Of a stretch of DNA of 64,000 nt, positions 32,606 to 46,205 are shown in pieces. The notes under the pieces are model-generated. The model was not told the origin of the DNA. It made no database searches and saw only the letters and a list, made by a program, of their open reading frames with translations. The stretch spans positions 64,108,001 to 64,172,000 of the forward strand of contig NC_042998.1 in assembly GCF_006345805.1 (NCBI RefSeq). The letters are read 5' to 3'. The position numbers and the translations under genes are program-made. The stretch's first letter is position 1, and each line of letters opens with the position of its first letter. The DNA is from Octopus sinensis (Eukaryota).

Positions 32606-33378
32606 AGGTCCTCGAAAAATAAGAGGTGTTACGTTAGTTCACTGGTAGTGAGCAACTGACACTGTAGTACATCTCCAGCGTTAGAAGCAGTGGAAAGACA
32701 ACAACAATAACAACAATTATAATTATGATAATAATAATAATAATAATAATAATAATATTAATAATTATAATAATAATAATAATAACAATGATAATAATAA
32801 TAATGTAATGATGATGCTGATGGTGATGATTGTGACGATGACGATGATGATGATGGTGATGATGATGGCGATGATGATGATGAAGACATGTAAGGCAAAG
32901 GAAATAGAACAGACGCAATAATAAGGACAATAACTGAAACGTTAATGGGACATTTAGTTAGAATCACTATCCAGAAATTTGCCTGAACCCTTCCTTTACA
33001 TAACCATGTCAATGAGTCACTGTCTGTAACACGGGATTTCGCTATTTGAAAAAAATAATTTTCAATAGAATTCAACAAAGAGGTTTCTTATTTATGCACG
33101 TTTTGGCTGTTACAGTTTATTCTCTCTTATGTGCTACCAATCAAAAATTAAATTGAAAAGAAGATAAATTGCACGTGCTCTATTTTTATCATTACGCTAT
33201 ATCTTATTTTTAATATTTATTCGAAGATGTGGCACTTCTTTTTGGTGTAGATATATGATAGTATATATAAAACTCTAGAGAAATATTCAGAAGAAAAACT
33301 CAGGGGAACAAAATATCTGATGAAAGAATACAGTGTTTATAGAACTACGAGCGTAATACAATCGTTTCTTTTTGTTTG

Positions 33379-33454
<76 letters not shown>

Positions 33455-34270
33455 GTCTATATACGTTTTTGTGTTCTTATTACGGATGAGTTATGTTTGT
33501 GGTTAAGCGCACAGTGATTGCATTGGGAATATTTTATTACCAATAAATCATGTCAGGATGAATACCAGTAAGAAATATTTAATGAATCATTATAAAACTG
33601 AAATTAATAACATGACCTTCGGGAAACATCTTGAGCAGCAAACAGCATTTGCTATTTATAAGGAGGCTTTTACTAAAAAACAGATTTCAAGGAATGTGAA
33701 CACTTCTTTTATTACATATGAAAATATCACCTGTCTGATATTTTTCCGCAATACTAATACGTGTTTTGTCAATATGTTGGAGCGTAGGTCCCATGATATA
33801 TACTTAAAGGCAGAAATGTCTGACGAAGAGTATGTGCTCATATCTCATTGACTGATGGTTTATAGTAATTATATATTGCACATGAGACAGAAAATGACAG
33901 CGAAAAGTTGCATGCAATCTCAGCATAAAAGCAAGATATCTCATAGTAAATCGTACATGTATCATTTTAAAGAAATCAATACATGAGATAACAACCAGTA
34001 AAAGCTATTGAGAATATTATTCATTGCATAAAAATAAAGAGGCCTTTCAGGTGTTACATTTTGATGATTGTATAATTAAACACTTAAGGTACCCTTTTTA
34101 ACATGCTATATCCCTTGTCAAGCGCAATGGCTCACATTCAGAGACACTGTCCCCATACAAATGTATAGATGTATACATATGTTTGTGAACAATTATATCT
34201 TTATCATATTTCCCTCTCACTCTCTCTCTCACTCTCTGTCTTCCCACCACACACATATGTACATATACAC

Positions 34271-34301
<31 letters not shown>

Positions 34302-34560
34302 CCAATATACCCAAACTTTTCGAGTGAATTTGGTAGATGGAAAGTAAGAGACTGCTCTATGTGTATATATAAATGTGTATATATATATATCAAAAGAGCG
34401 CAGAAGGTGTCTACCTGCAAGAAAGAAGAATGGAAACACTCATATGATCCACTAAAAACACTGAAAAATACATAAGTTTGAGTCTTATTGGTTCTTCTAA
34501 TGATGATTTTAACAGATAGACGATACAAAGGCGTACAGGAAAAACAACAATTAGAGTAAC

Positions 34561-35152
34561 GTGAGAGGAGGTGTCATTCGTGGTGTTCTTTCGTCAGTCA
34601 AGTTATCAGTTGTCCTTACTGTTTCGGGCACTTATACTTCAGATTGTTCAATCTGGTTACTCCCAAAAGTCTTTACTTTTCTCACTCCCCATCTCCCTCA
34701 TTTCTAGGCCCCCTCTTTAACTACTACATTTCCTCGTTCATCATCCCTCTACTTTTCCCTTTGTCTACTTGACTTTTTAAATCCTTAGAGCCCCCTCCCC
34801 TCCTTCAACGTGACAGCTGTTCAGCCAGCCATGACCTTTCTTTCTATCGACCGCCAACACCTTTTATATCTATTCACTATGTTTCTGCATTAAGGATTTC
34901 ACTTTATACTCGCCGGCTGAAAGACACTTGTTATTATTTTCTTGTTTGTATTTGTACTTGCGTGATAGTTTCTCCGTTTTTTGCCTTTGTTGTCATAAAC
35001 ATTCGCTTGCTCTCTTACAAAAAATTTAATGGTCTTAGCTTAGACTGGGGGGAGGGCAACCAGATCAACAGTCTGAAGTGAAACTGCCTGAAACTGTAAG
35101 GACATCTGGTAACTTGGCAGGCGAAAGAACGCCGCGAATGACTCGTCCTTTC
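34561..35152. repeat. ~590-bp segment bounded by ~105-bp diverged inverted repeats
   Basis: The reverse complement of 34561-34664 aligns with 35050-35152 (shared AACCAGAT..CTGAAGT..GAAAC.GTAAGGACA..TAACTTG..CGAAAGAAC..CGAATGAC). Confidence 0.75.
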
Positions 35153-35290
35153 CTGTCTCTCTAATTGTTATTTTTCCAGTCAACCTTCGCATAGTGTATC
35201 TGTCCGCATGTTTTACTATCCTCTATTGCGTTTTTGTTCCATTTTTATATTTCTATATACATATAGCGGCGTGCGTACACATTGGGTCAA

Positions 35291-35361
<71 letters not shown>

Positions 35362-35400
35362 TAGTATGTCTATATATATATATATATATATACAAACATG

Positions 35401-35498
<98 letters not shown>

Positions 35499-36322
35499 TA
35501 TGTATACACATGTATGTATATATAGATTGGCACTTATGGCCATAGATAAAATCAATTCCCAGATAGCGATAGTATTGGAATTTGTAATTATTTTTAAGAC
35601 ATCTATAGGTAACATTTGTTAATCATAGAAATATTTTGTGTTTTACATGATATGCAAAATAACTCTCGATGAAAGACGAACGTTATATAAACTTCTCAAG
35701 CAGACGAAAAACATCATATGAAATAAATTATAAGACTCATCAAGTGGTAAGTATTGCAACATAATCCATTTCGAAGAGCATTATTTGAATATCCTTGTAG
35801 GGAAATAATTTCATATTAATAACAATAGGAGGTTCAATATAAAATACGTGTATGGTATATTTTAAGACTACATATTTTTTGTAATGTTACATCTTTTTTG
35901 TAATATAAAGGAAAATAAGAAACTGTATATAAACTATACAAATAAAATATACACAAAAATTGTTAAGATTACTCTCTACATTATGGGACACCTATTGAAA
36001 AGGAAGTAAATATTTATAAAGACAACACTTGGCGTTGAGGTACTGATGAAGAGCAAACGCAGGCAAAGGTTATTGACCGTAACGAATACAGCAAGGTTGG
36101 AAAACTTAACACTCTCAAATTTTTCAAACATGGTAGGTGACTACTCGTTATTGTGAAAATAACAAAACTATTCTATGATAAAATATGAGAAAAGATATTG
36201 AAAGAATAGAGCCAGAGGAATATGAAAACTTGATGGAAAACTGAGACAGTAGGCAACTGAATGGGGAATATTTTTATAAGTTTGCATTATAAATACTTTT
36301 AGATGTTATTAAAACTGAACAC

Positions 36323-36523
36323 ATAGGCGCGGGTGTGGAGACGTGATAAAAATCCTGCTTCCTAACCACTTGGTACAGGATTCAGTCCCACTGCGTGACA
36401 ACTTCGGCAAGTGTCTTCTTATATAGCATTGGGCTGACTAAAGCCTAGTGAATGGATTCGGTAGACAGAAAAAGAAAGAAGCATGTCCTATATGTAATAT
36501 ATATATATATATATTATATATAT

Positions 36524-36559
<36 letters not shown>

Positions 36560-36770
36560 GGTGTGAGTGTGTCTATGTTTGTCCTCTGCTGTCGTTTGAC
36601 AGTTGGTGTTGGTATGCTTACCTCTCCGTAATTTAGCGGTTCGGCAAAAGTAACCGAGAGAATAAGTACCAGGCTGCAAAATGTACTGTGATTGATTCGT
36701 TTCTCTAAAACTTTTCAAGGTGGTGCTCCAGCATTGCCGCAGTCTCACGACTGAAATTAGTGGAGGTTAA
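36323..36770 (+). mobile_element. Older full-length tRNA-derived SINE (5489 family)
   Basis: Degenerate head TAGGCGCGGGTGTGG..GGATTCAGTCCCACTGCG, central (TA)n, 3' GGTGCTCCAGCATTGCCGCAGTC. Confidence 0.8.
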
Positions 36771-37782
36771 AATATAAAATATATTAGATAAGGAAGTTCT
36801 GGGTTTGTTTTCTAAACTTATGTTAGGAAACACTTGAATGGAACGCCTCAATCATAGAATTATTTCATCAGATACGAGAAACAACTCATACATGCATACC
36901 AAGAAAGATTAAAGATTATAACATAATAACGTGAGGGTAAATAATTAAGAAAACTAAGTGAAAACAATGAACAAATTTAGGCTACAATCATGAGAAAATG
37001 TAGATGACATATATTAGCCAAAGACGAAATTTTATCCTGCTTGCTTCACACGCTAGAAATAGCAAGCAAATCTCAACCAAAATATGCTATCTTTTAGTAA
37101 ATATTAACCAGTCAGATAACGTTCCTCTGTTCTGCAAGATATTACACAATTTCCCGTTCAAATTTTACGAAAAATATTTTTTTTTTAATTCGGGAGTGAT
37201 TAATGATATGTAAGTCTGAGATTCATGCAGTATGGCCAAGACAGGATTGCCTTTGATAATTTCAGTGGTCTGCATAACTGCTACATAAGCCTGAAATCAA
37301 CATCAGCAGTGTAGGGTGTTGGTTAATCAAAAACCTAGATATAGTTTACTTGAACAATGATGTGAGTGTTATGGACGATACACTTGCGCTAATACGATTG
37401 CTCCAACAAGGGTTTATTGTCTGAAATAGGGCTAAACAACTAACACAAAAGCAAGTAAAAAGAATGTATAAATATTACAGACTTGAAATATTATTTTGGT
37501 GTGTAGAAAGAACATCTAATGACAAGTAAAAGAAATGAAAATTTCAAGACAGTCACACCAATAACGCCAGCATGAACAATAAGGTGCTAAACAAGGAAAT
37601 TTAATCAGTGTTCGACGCGGCTTATAGAAAACTGTTTTCGATCAGAATACAGCCATTCACCATCACTGAGTGACAAGAAAGAATGAAAACAAATATATAG
37701 AGATTGGGTAATATAATAATAATAATAATAATAACAATAATAATAAAAATAATAATAATAATAAGGATAACAACAACAACAA

Positions 37783-37855
<73 letters not shown>

Positions 37856-40034
37856 AATAATAATAAGCACGATATATTTCGTATCAACGTTAAATAGAAT
37901 AGGAGTAGTCTAATATCAATACAGATATTGCTGAACAAGGAATATTGATAAAAATGTATACTAAAAAGAAAATGAAATGATTCCAAGGAAAATTCAATGA
38001 AATTATTCTAGTGAGAGCATTGGGAAGTTTCAGATTCATAGCTGTGTTTTAAGTAAATAAGGAAAAATAAAGACGGGCAGGGAATCACTGAATCACTATT
38101 ATGTACGCTAGATGAAAGAAAGTAATAAAACCAATCCTAGCCCCATGGAAAGTAACATTTCCTCGTGGAAAGGGGATTTACTATCATTAGTAATATTCTT
38201 TCAGTTAATCACCTAATTTGTAAAATGAATTTGCAGTCAAATGTTATAGATAACATTAATGTGGCACAATATATTTCCTTTATTTGGTTGAATGGAAAAT
38301 ATACACAAATGAAGATGGCCAAATTCGGAGAATTACAAAAGACTGTGTATATATGTAGAAAATATAGCAAAATGACAATCGTATAAGCAAATATACAGAT
38401 ATATTCTAAAAGCTTAGATATTAATTACATGCCAGAATATTCAGAAATCGAAATATTCAACGAAGTCAGAAACGGCAAACAGATGCACCCATGTAAATTG
38501 GAATATACCACCATAAAGATGAAAATAAAATAATGAAAAAAATAAAATAAAGTTAATACTGGAAAGCGAAGCTAACCACAAAAATAAGATCATGTGCACC
38601 CATTGAACTAAATTATAGAAAGGCAAACTAAAAATTTAGGAGTGAAATCCAGACCTTGAATGTAAAGCACAACTTTCAATCTAAGGGGCCCACCCGCAAC
38701 TACAATGCAATTACTTTAATTATGTTTTGTGTTTTCTATTTATTTAAATGTAATCTTTTCAACTGTCTTCAAACAGAGCCAGGCTGAAATAATTAATGCA
38801 TTCTTCCAAGGGTGTATAAAATATTGTCAAACTTAAGGGGATGATCCCCTTAGATATTAACTTGGGCAGCCATATATGGATTCTAATGGCGCAGGAGCTC
38901 ACTTGCCATCGGGAAAGCTGGCAACCTGGGCAGGCCACCACTGGATAATACGATCTCTTGTTAAATAATAAAATCTGTCAGATGTGACATTGAATTTGTA
39001 GATATGACTAAACGATAACATGCATGGAAGAGTATCTAGGTAAAGTTTGCTCATATTTGTGCAACCTGGGAAACATCTTTACTGGTAAATGTGCAGATGA
39101 ACTTGTAAATGTGCGGATGAACATGTAAATTTTCCGCAGAGTGCAAATATTAACCAGTGGAGATTCCGCAGATGTAGGCTTATATAGTTTGCTGTCTTCA
39201 TCATTGCATGCGCTCTTACAAATAAACAAAATTTTGTTCCAGCAAAATCTAACATGTCTACCAACCAAGACTAGAAGTAGTTCATTAAAATGAGAGTAAG
39301 AAAAGCAGAATTTGAATTTAAACCACACTGATTGGGAAGAAATACACGAGCCTTTCTTTGTAACGATCGCACACCTCTGCCATTTCTCAGGATTCGTAAT
39401 TAATTATTGCAATGTTTATATTATGCTAAATTTTTAAACAAAAATTGCTAACGGCTATCTTTATATAAACCGGTTGATAACTTTGAAATTTCATGAAACT
39501 TCTTCAAGGATAATGGCAATTATACACTAATTCGACAACATTGATCCTAAACTGGGTGATTATTGTTAAAATTGATAACCGTTAAAATTTAGCTTACACC
39601 TGGAAAGTGAACACGTTATAAAATTCTAACTCAGAAATTTATTAAGAATGATGGTTCGTCTAGCAAAAAATAAAGAAAAAATTGTCTGAGAGCAAAGAAT
39701 AAGTTTAATTCAGTTACGAGAGTAACAAACGCTTAAAATATCGAATCCAGAAATAATGAAATGCTTTGCAAACATGGATCTCAGTTAAGAAGATAAGGGC
39801 AAAAAATAAGGTACTGCTTGAATGAATAGGACACGGAGCTTATGATGAGATTTGATGTGAGAGTAGACAGGAAGTTTACTACAGAGAAAGAACTGAATGA
39901 CGTTATAGAAATTCATTTTGATTATAGGTATGAGGTCTGAAATTTTGGTTGAGTGGGTTAGATGGTTATAGCGAGCAGGCTAGTGCTCGATTGGTGCTTA
40001 TTTTATTATTGCAATGTTTATCTTATGTTAAATT

Positions 40035-40195
40035 TTCTGTTTTTAGACTCCACATTCTAGTTACTTCTATTTCCAGATGTTGTATTTATTAGTTTCTCCG
40101 TTTCTTTCAAAGAAATATTGTAATCTGTTGGTATTGACACATCGATTAGAATGAATGTTGTTCTTGGTGATCTCTGACTACTATATCCGACCTTA
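40035..40195 (-). mobile_element. Decayed RLE fragment of a Dong-like LINE
   Basis: CCACATTCTAGTTACTTCTATTTCCAG..GGTATTGACACATC aligns with 58670-58815. Confidence 0.7.
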
Positions 40196-40249
40196 ATTTC
40201 CCCCACCTCTCTCTCTCTGCGCAATCACATATCGCAGAGGATGCTTTTA

Positions 40250-40424
40250 TAATAATAATAATAATAACAATGATAATAATAAAAATATTATTATTATTAT
40301 TATTATTAATAATAATAATAATTATTATTATAATTATAATAAAAAATTATAATAATAATTATTAATAATAATAATAATAATAATAATAATGATAATAATA
40401 ATAATAATAATAATAATAATATCA

Positions 40425-40469
<45 letters not shown>

Positions 40470-40620
40470 AGAAGACAAAGAAGAAGAAGAAAAAGAAGAA
40501 GTAGAAGAAGAAGAAGAAGAAGAAGAAGAAGAAGAAGAAGAAGAAGAAGAAGAAGAAGAAGAAGAAGAAGAAGAAGAAGAAGACGACGACGAAGAAGAAG
40601 AAGATTGAAAAGAAGAAGAA
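40250..40620. repeat. Compound (TAA/TTA)n-(GAA)n microsatellite
   Basis: Seen directly. Confidence 0.95.
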
Positions 40621-41161
40621 AAGTGGGGAGTTTGTATGAGAAAAAGTAAGGAGATTATAAACAATTTAAATAAAGGCAATATTTTTGGGGAATCTTCATA
40701 CGTGAGCAGTGCCAGTACCGAAATAATCTGATTCTTTCATAAAGCCGAAAATGGCCCTGCTGCAGGAATTAGATAAAAGAACGGAATAGCTGCTCACCAT
40801 TCATAACGCACATCACCGTAAATGTAATATCAACAGGTTATCTACTCAGTCACTCTCAATTACGCACTTATGTGTTACATAAAGCTTTAATGTGAAACAG
40901 CGGAACAAAGACATTTTCAAGAAGATACAGCAATGCTCACCTCAGGTGTGCAGAGTTCCCTTTATTCAATGTTTCAGGCTTTATTCAATAGTTCAGAGAC
41001 GCAGTGTCTATAACGTCAATTTAATACTCTTACAGATCTATAATTATCGCTTAATAAATGCATGTTCACGTATCAAATACCTTCTTGTAAAACAATTTAT
41101 TACCTTCTTAGATAGTGTCTCTATTCCCCGTGAGACACATTGCATTGTATGTTTTTGTGGT

Positions 41162-41199
<38 letters not shown>

Positions 41200-41465
41200 C
41201 GGTTATGAGTATAGTGCGTGTGATAATTGGCAAAAACAATAACCAGCAAGAAATACAAATATATATATATATATATATATATAGCAATAAAGGGCCCAGC
41301 AACGAATTGCCTTACCACATACCGAATTTAGAAATAGCAGTCAAAGAGTTATAGCTATTTCTTCTACTAAAAAGGGAGATCTCGGTAAAAACAGCAATTG
41401 GAAGGCAGACACAAACAGGTAAGAGAGAATGAATTGACGGCAATCTATCATACATTTTTAAGTTA

Positions 41466-41571
41466 TCTACGGACGTACGTTTCGAAATCAAGTTTTTAGG
41501 AAAGCATAAGAATTAAATATTAAATATTAATAATTCTATCTTACCGAAACTTCCTTTCTCTTCAGCGTAGA
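41466..41571 (-). ncRNA. Type I hammerhead ribozyme with extended stem II (array unit 1)
   Basis: Stem I UCUACG/CGUAGA, core CUGAAGA, stem II GAAA/UUUC extended by AAGUUU/AAACUU (75 nt in total), GAA, palindromic stem III ACGUACGU, cleavage triplet GUC. Confidence 0.8.
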
Positions 41572-42062
41572 ATACTATAATCATAAATGATTATATATTA
41601 AATTTTGAGATACTAGAAGGCACCAACTCAACTCAGTATCAGAGCGAGCTAGAATCCGCAACTAGTATCACCAAATTCAATGTGTGAATGAAACGATTGT
41701 GTCACCAGCCCCTTCCCACCCGCGTGTAGCCAAAACAAGATGCTGTGGTCATCTACCGAGATAAAAATATGGTTATCCGTAATAATGAAGGGTGAAATTA
41801 ATCAATTTGGAACAATTATCAATTACACCAAGTCGTCTTCGGCATGTAAAAGCCTCATTCGAGGAAAATTTAAGTAATACTAAGCAATAAAGGGCCCAGC
41901 AACGAATTGCCTTACCACATACCGAATTTAGAAATAGCAGTCAAAGAGTTATAGCTATTTCTTCTACTAAAAAGGAGATCTCGGTAAAAACAGCAATTGG
42001 AAGGCAGACACAAACAGGTAAGAGAGAATGAATTGACGGCACTATCATACATTTTTAAGTTA

Positions 42063-42169
42063 TCTACGGACGTACGTTTCGAAATCAAGTTTTTAGGAAA
42101 GCATAAGAATTAAATATTAAATATTAAATAATTCTATCTTACCGAAACTTCCTTTCTCTTCAGCGTAGA
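42063..42169 (-). ncRNA. Type I hammerhead ribozyme (array unit 2)
   Basis: Same fold and core as unit 1. Confidence 0.8.
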
Positions 42170-42662
42170 ATACTATAATCATAAATGATTATATATTAAA
42201 TTTTGAGATACTAGAAGGCACCAACTCAACTCAGTATCAGAGCGAGCTAGAATCCGCAACTAGTATCACCAAATTCAATGTGTGAATGAAACGATTGTGT
42301 CACCAGCCCCTTCCCACCCGCGTGTAGCCAAAACAAGATGCTGTGGTCATCTACCGAGATAAAATATGGTTATCCGTAATAATGAAGGGTGAAATTAATC
42401 AATTTGGAACAATTATCAATTACACCAAGTAGTCTTCGGCATGTAAAAGCCTCATTCGAGGAAAATTTAAGTAATACTAAGCAATAAAGGGCCCAGCAAC
42501 GAATTGCCTTACCACATACCGAATTTAGAAATAGCAGTCAAAGAGTTATAGCTATTTCTTCTACTAAAAAGGGAGATCTCGGTAAAAACAGCAATTGGAA
42601 GGCAGACACAAACAGGTAAGAGAGAATGAATTGACGGCAATCTATCATACATTTTTAAGTTA

Positions 42663-42769
42663 TCTACGGACGTACGTTTCGAAATCAAGTTTTTAGGAAA
42701 GCATAAGAATTAAATATTAAATATTAAATAATTCTATCTTACCGAAACTTCCTTTCTCTTCAGCGTAGA
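42663..42769 (-). ncRNA. Type I hammerhead ribozyme (array unit 3)
   Basis: Same fold and core as unit 1. Confidence 0.8.
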
Positions 42770-43261
42770 ATACTATAATCATAAATGATTATATATTAAA
42801 TTTTGAGATACTAGAAGGCACCAACTCAACTCAGTATCAGAGCGAGCTAGAATCCGCACCAGTATCACCAATTCAATGTGTGAATGAAACGATTGTGTCA
42901 CCAGCCCCTTCCCACCCGCGTGTAGCCAAAACAAGATGCTGTGGTCATCTACCGAGATTAAAATATGGTTATCCGTAATAATGAAGGGTGAAATTAATCA
43001 ATTTGGAACAATTATCAATTACACCAAGTAGTCTTCGGCATGTAAAAGCCTCATTCGAGGAAAATTTAAGTAATCCTAAGCAATAAAGGGCCCAGCAACG
43101 AATTGCCTTACCACATACCGAATTTAGAAATAGCAGTCAAAGAGTTATAGCTATTTCTTCTACTACAAAAGGGAGATCTCGGTAAAAACAGCATTGGAAG
43201 GCAGACACAAACAGGTAAGAGAGAATGAATTGACGGCAATCTATCATACATTTTTAAGTTA

Positions 43262-43367
43262 TCTACGGACGTACGTTTCGAAAATCAAGTTTTTAGGAAA
43301 GCATAAGAATTAAAATTAAATATTAAATAATTCTATCTTACCGAAACTTCATTCTCTTCAGCGTAGA
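43262..43367 (-). ncRNA. Type I hammerhead ribozyme (array unit 4)
   Basis: Core, stem I and stem III intact. Small changes in stem II. Confidence 0.75.
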
Positions 43368-43662
43368 ATACTATAATCATAATGATTATATATTAATTTT
43401 GAGATACTAGAAGGCACCAACTCAACTCAGTATCAGAGCGAGCTAGATCCGCAACCAGTATCACCAAATTCAATGTGTGAATGAAACGATTGTGTCACCC
43501 ACCCCCTTCCCCCCACCCGCGTGTAGCCAAACAAGATGCTGTGGTCATCTACCGAGATAAAATATGGTTATCCGTAATAATGAAGGGTGAAATTAATCAA
43601 TTTGGAACAATTATCAATTACAACCAAGTAGTCTTCGGCATGTAAAAAAAAAAAAAAAAAAT

Positions 43663-43696
<34 letters not shown>

Positions 43697-43712
43697 GAAA
43701 AATAAAAAAAAT

Positions 43713-43743
<31 letters not shown>

Positions 43744-44314
43744 TAAAATAAATATATATATATACATATATATATATTATATTATATATATATATATATA
43801 TACATACATATATACACACACATACATATAAATATATACATACACACATACACCTACATATACACATACACACATACATACATATATATAATATATATAT
43901 ATTACGACAGAAGGCGCGCTCGTACACAGGAGGCCATACCTGTTTGTGACCTCTGCATATCGGAGAGCCTAGAGATCTTGTTCGCCAAAGGCCCTCTCCT
44001 TAACAAAATCTCAGAACACTCCCCAAATTGTATGCATAAGAAGTTGCGAACTACAAGAACTATAGACCTACTACCCGCAACCAGATTGATGACACCCCAC
44101 CCAAAAACCCCCCAATCCCACCGTTCCCCTAGCACACCCCCGATTACCTTTTCTCCTAAGACCTTTCACATATTGTATGTGCACGCTTGTAGATGTGTAT
44201 CGTATATATGTATAGAAATGTATGGGTATAGTAGGATTATACGCATGTATTATGTGTGTGTGTGCGTGTATGTATGTAAAAGAATATATATATGTATGTG
44301 TGTATGTATATATA

Positions 44315-44357
<43 letters not shown>

Positions 44358-44371
44358 TATATGTGTGTATG

Positions 44372-44402
<31 letters not shown>

Positions 44403-44996
44403 GCGTGTGTGTGTGTGTGTGTCTGTGTATATATGTATAGATGTATGTATGTATATATGTATATTTGTGTGTATGCATTTGTATGTGTATATGTATGTGT
44501 GTATGTATATATATGTGTGTAAGTGTGTGTATATATGTAAATGTAAGTGTTGTGTGCTTGTATGAGAATGTATGTATGTTTGCAAACATGTATATATATG
44601 TGTGTGTATGTGTGTGTGTATGTATATGTGTGTGTAATATATATATATATATATATATATATTCTTATACATATATATATGTATATATATGTGTATATAT
44701 GTGTGTATGTATATATATGTGTATGTGAGTGTGTGTGTATACATGTGTGTATGTGTATGTATGTATGTATAATATGCGTGTGCAGGGTATATGTATATGT
44801 ACATATGCGCGTACGCTCGTGTGTTATGTAAGTGTAGGTACGTAGAGTTATCTATGTGTGTATTTATATGTACATGTGTAAGTATGTATATATATGTATG
44901 TAGGTGTACATGTATGTATGTGTGTGTATTTATATTTATGGGTGTATATGTATAGACTAGCCTTCTAAGAGTGTAGACATGAATCTGTAGGTACGC

Positions 44997-45040
<44 letters not shown>

Positions 45041-45828
45041 GTACATGTATGTATTTGTATGTAGGTGTACATGTGTGTGTGTGTATTTATATTTATTGGT
45101 GTATATGTATAGACTAGCCTTCTAAAAGTGTAGACATGAATCTGTAGGTACGCGTACGTATGTGTATATACGTGAATGTATGTAGATGTATGTATGTATG
45201 AATATAACGCGTGCGTGCGTGTATGCGTATGAGTGTACGAATGAGTGAGTGTACGTGCTAAAGAGTGTGCGTGAGTGAATGAGTAATTGTTTTCCAGTAG
45301 CCGGATAAATGGTCTGGCTGTCATAGCCAAGATGTTTGTGACCAAGCGGCCAAAGATAACAAAAGTAATAAACGAAGATAATAAAATTAAAATTAGGGAA
45401 TGGGTCTGTATTTGTATATGTATATATATATGTGTGTATGTGTAGGTATGCATGGGTACACATATGTATATATATGTGTATATATATATATATATGTGTA
45501 TGTATATATATGTGTATATGTATGTGTATGTATGTATATATATGTGTATGTATGTGTATGTGTGGGTGTATATATATGTGTGTATGTGTATATATGTGTA
45601 TATAGGGACTTGTGTGCTGTGTGTGCATGTGTGTGTATGGATTTGTGTGTGTATGCGTGTATGTGAGTACGTGTGTGTGTATGTGTATATATATATTTTT
45701 CTGTGTGTATATGTATGTGTGGTCGTGTGTGTATATATACATGTGTGTATACGAGTATGCAAGTGAGTGTGTGTATGTGTAGAGGTATAAGTGAGAATCT
45801 CCTTATTTACCTAAAACTCTATTCCCCC

Positions 45829-45881
<53 letters not shown>

Positions 45882-46205
45882 ATATATATATATTTTTATA
45901 TATTTTTTTTTTTTTATTTTTTAATTTTTTTATTTTTTAATTTTTTATTTTTATTATTTTTTTATTTTTTTATTTTATTTTTTTATATTTTTTTTATTTC
46001 TATTTTTTATTTTTATTTTTTATTTTTTATTTTTTATTTTTTATTTTTTATTTTTTATTTATTCTCCTATCTAATTTTACACTGACTCCTTGACCACTCC
46101 CCCAAGTATGATTTTTTGCACTATGCCTACCCCCAAAAAAGTCCCCCACCAACACCCCTTTAAACCTGCCTAAATGTATAAATGCCAATACAATTCTTGT
46201 TAACT

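Larger units (their letters stand above)
41283..43645 (-). mobile_element. Non-coding tandem array of ~3.9 units of ~600 bp, one HHR per unit (retrozyme-like, or tandem PLE pseudo-LTR derivative)
   Basis: GCAATAAAGGGCCCAGCAACG recurs at ~41284, 41883, 42481 and 43080. No ORF in the track. HHR on the minus strand of each unit. Left end abuts (TA)n. Confidence 0.85.

Noticed and set aside
36044-36070. CTGATGAAGAGC hammerhead-like start
   Set aside because: No complementary stem II strand and no GAAA downstream.
35680-37460. Faint RTE-like RT remnants (AFDN.., LIKNL.., IQQG)
   Set aside because: Too degraded to support without an HMM search.
39085-39140. ~20-bp tandem repeat GTAAATGTGC(A/G)GATGAAC(T/A)T, two to three copies
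   Set aside because: Real but short minisatellite with no spacers or associated ORF.
41283-43645. CRISPR array or plain satellite interpretation of the 600-bp repeat
   Set aside because: No repeat-spacer alternation and a eukaryotic context. The conserved HHR fold and a solo inverted copy argue against a simple satellite.
44071-45924. Many overlapping Y/I/H/T/C/V-rich ORFs (also 27249-27923, 48654-49622, 50544-51634)
   Set aside because: Translations of (TA/TG/CA)n microsatellites.
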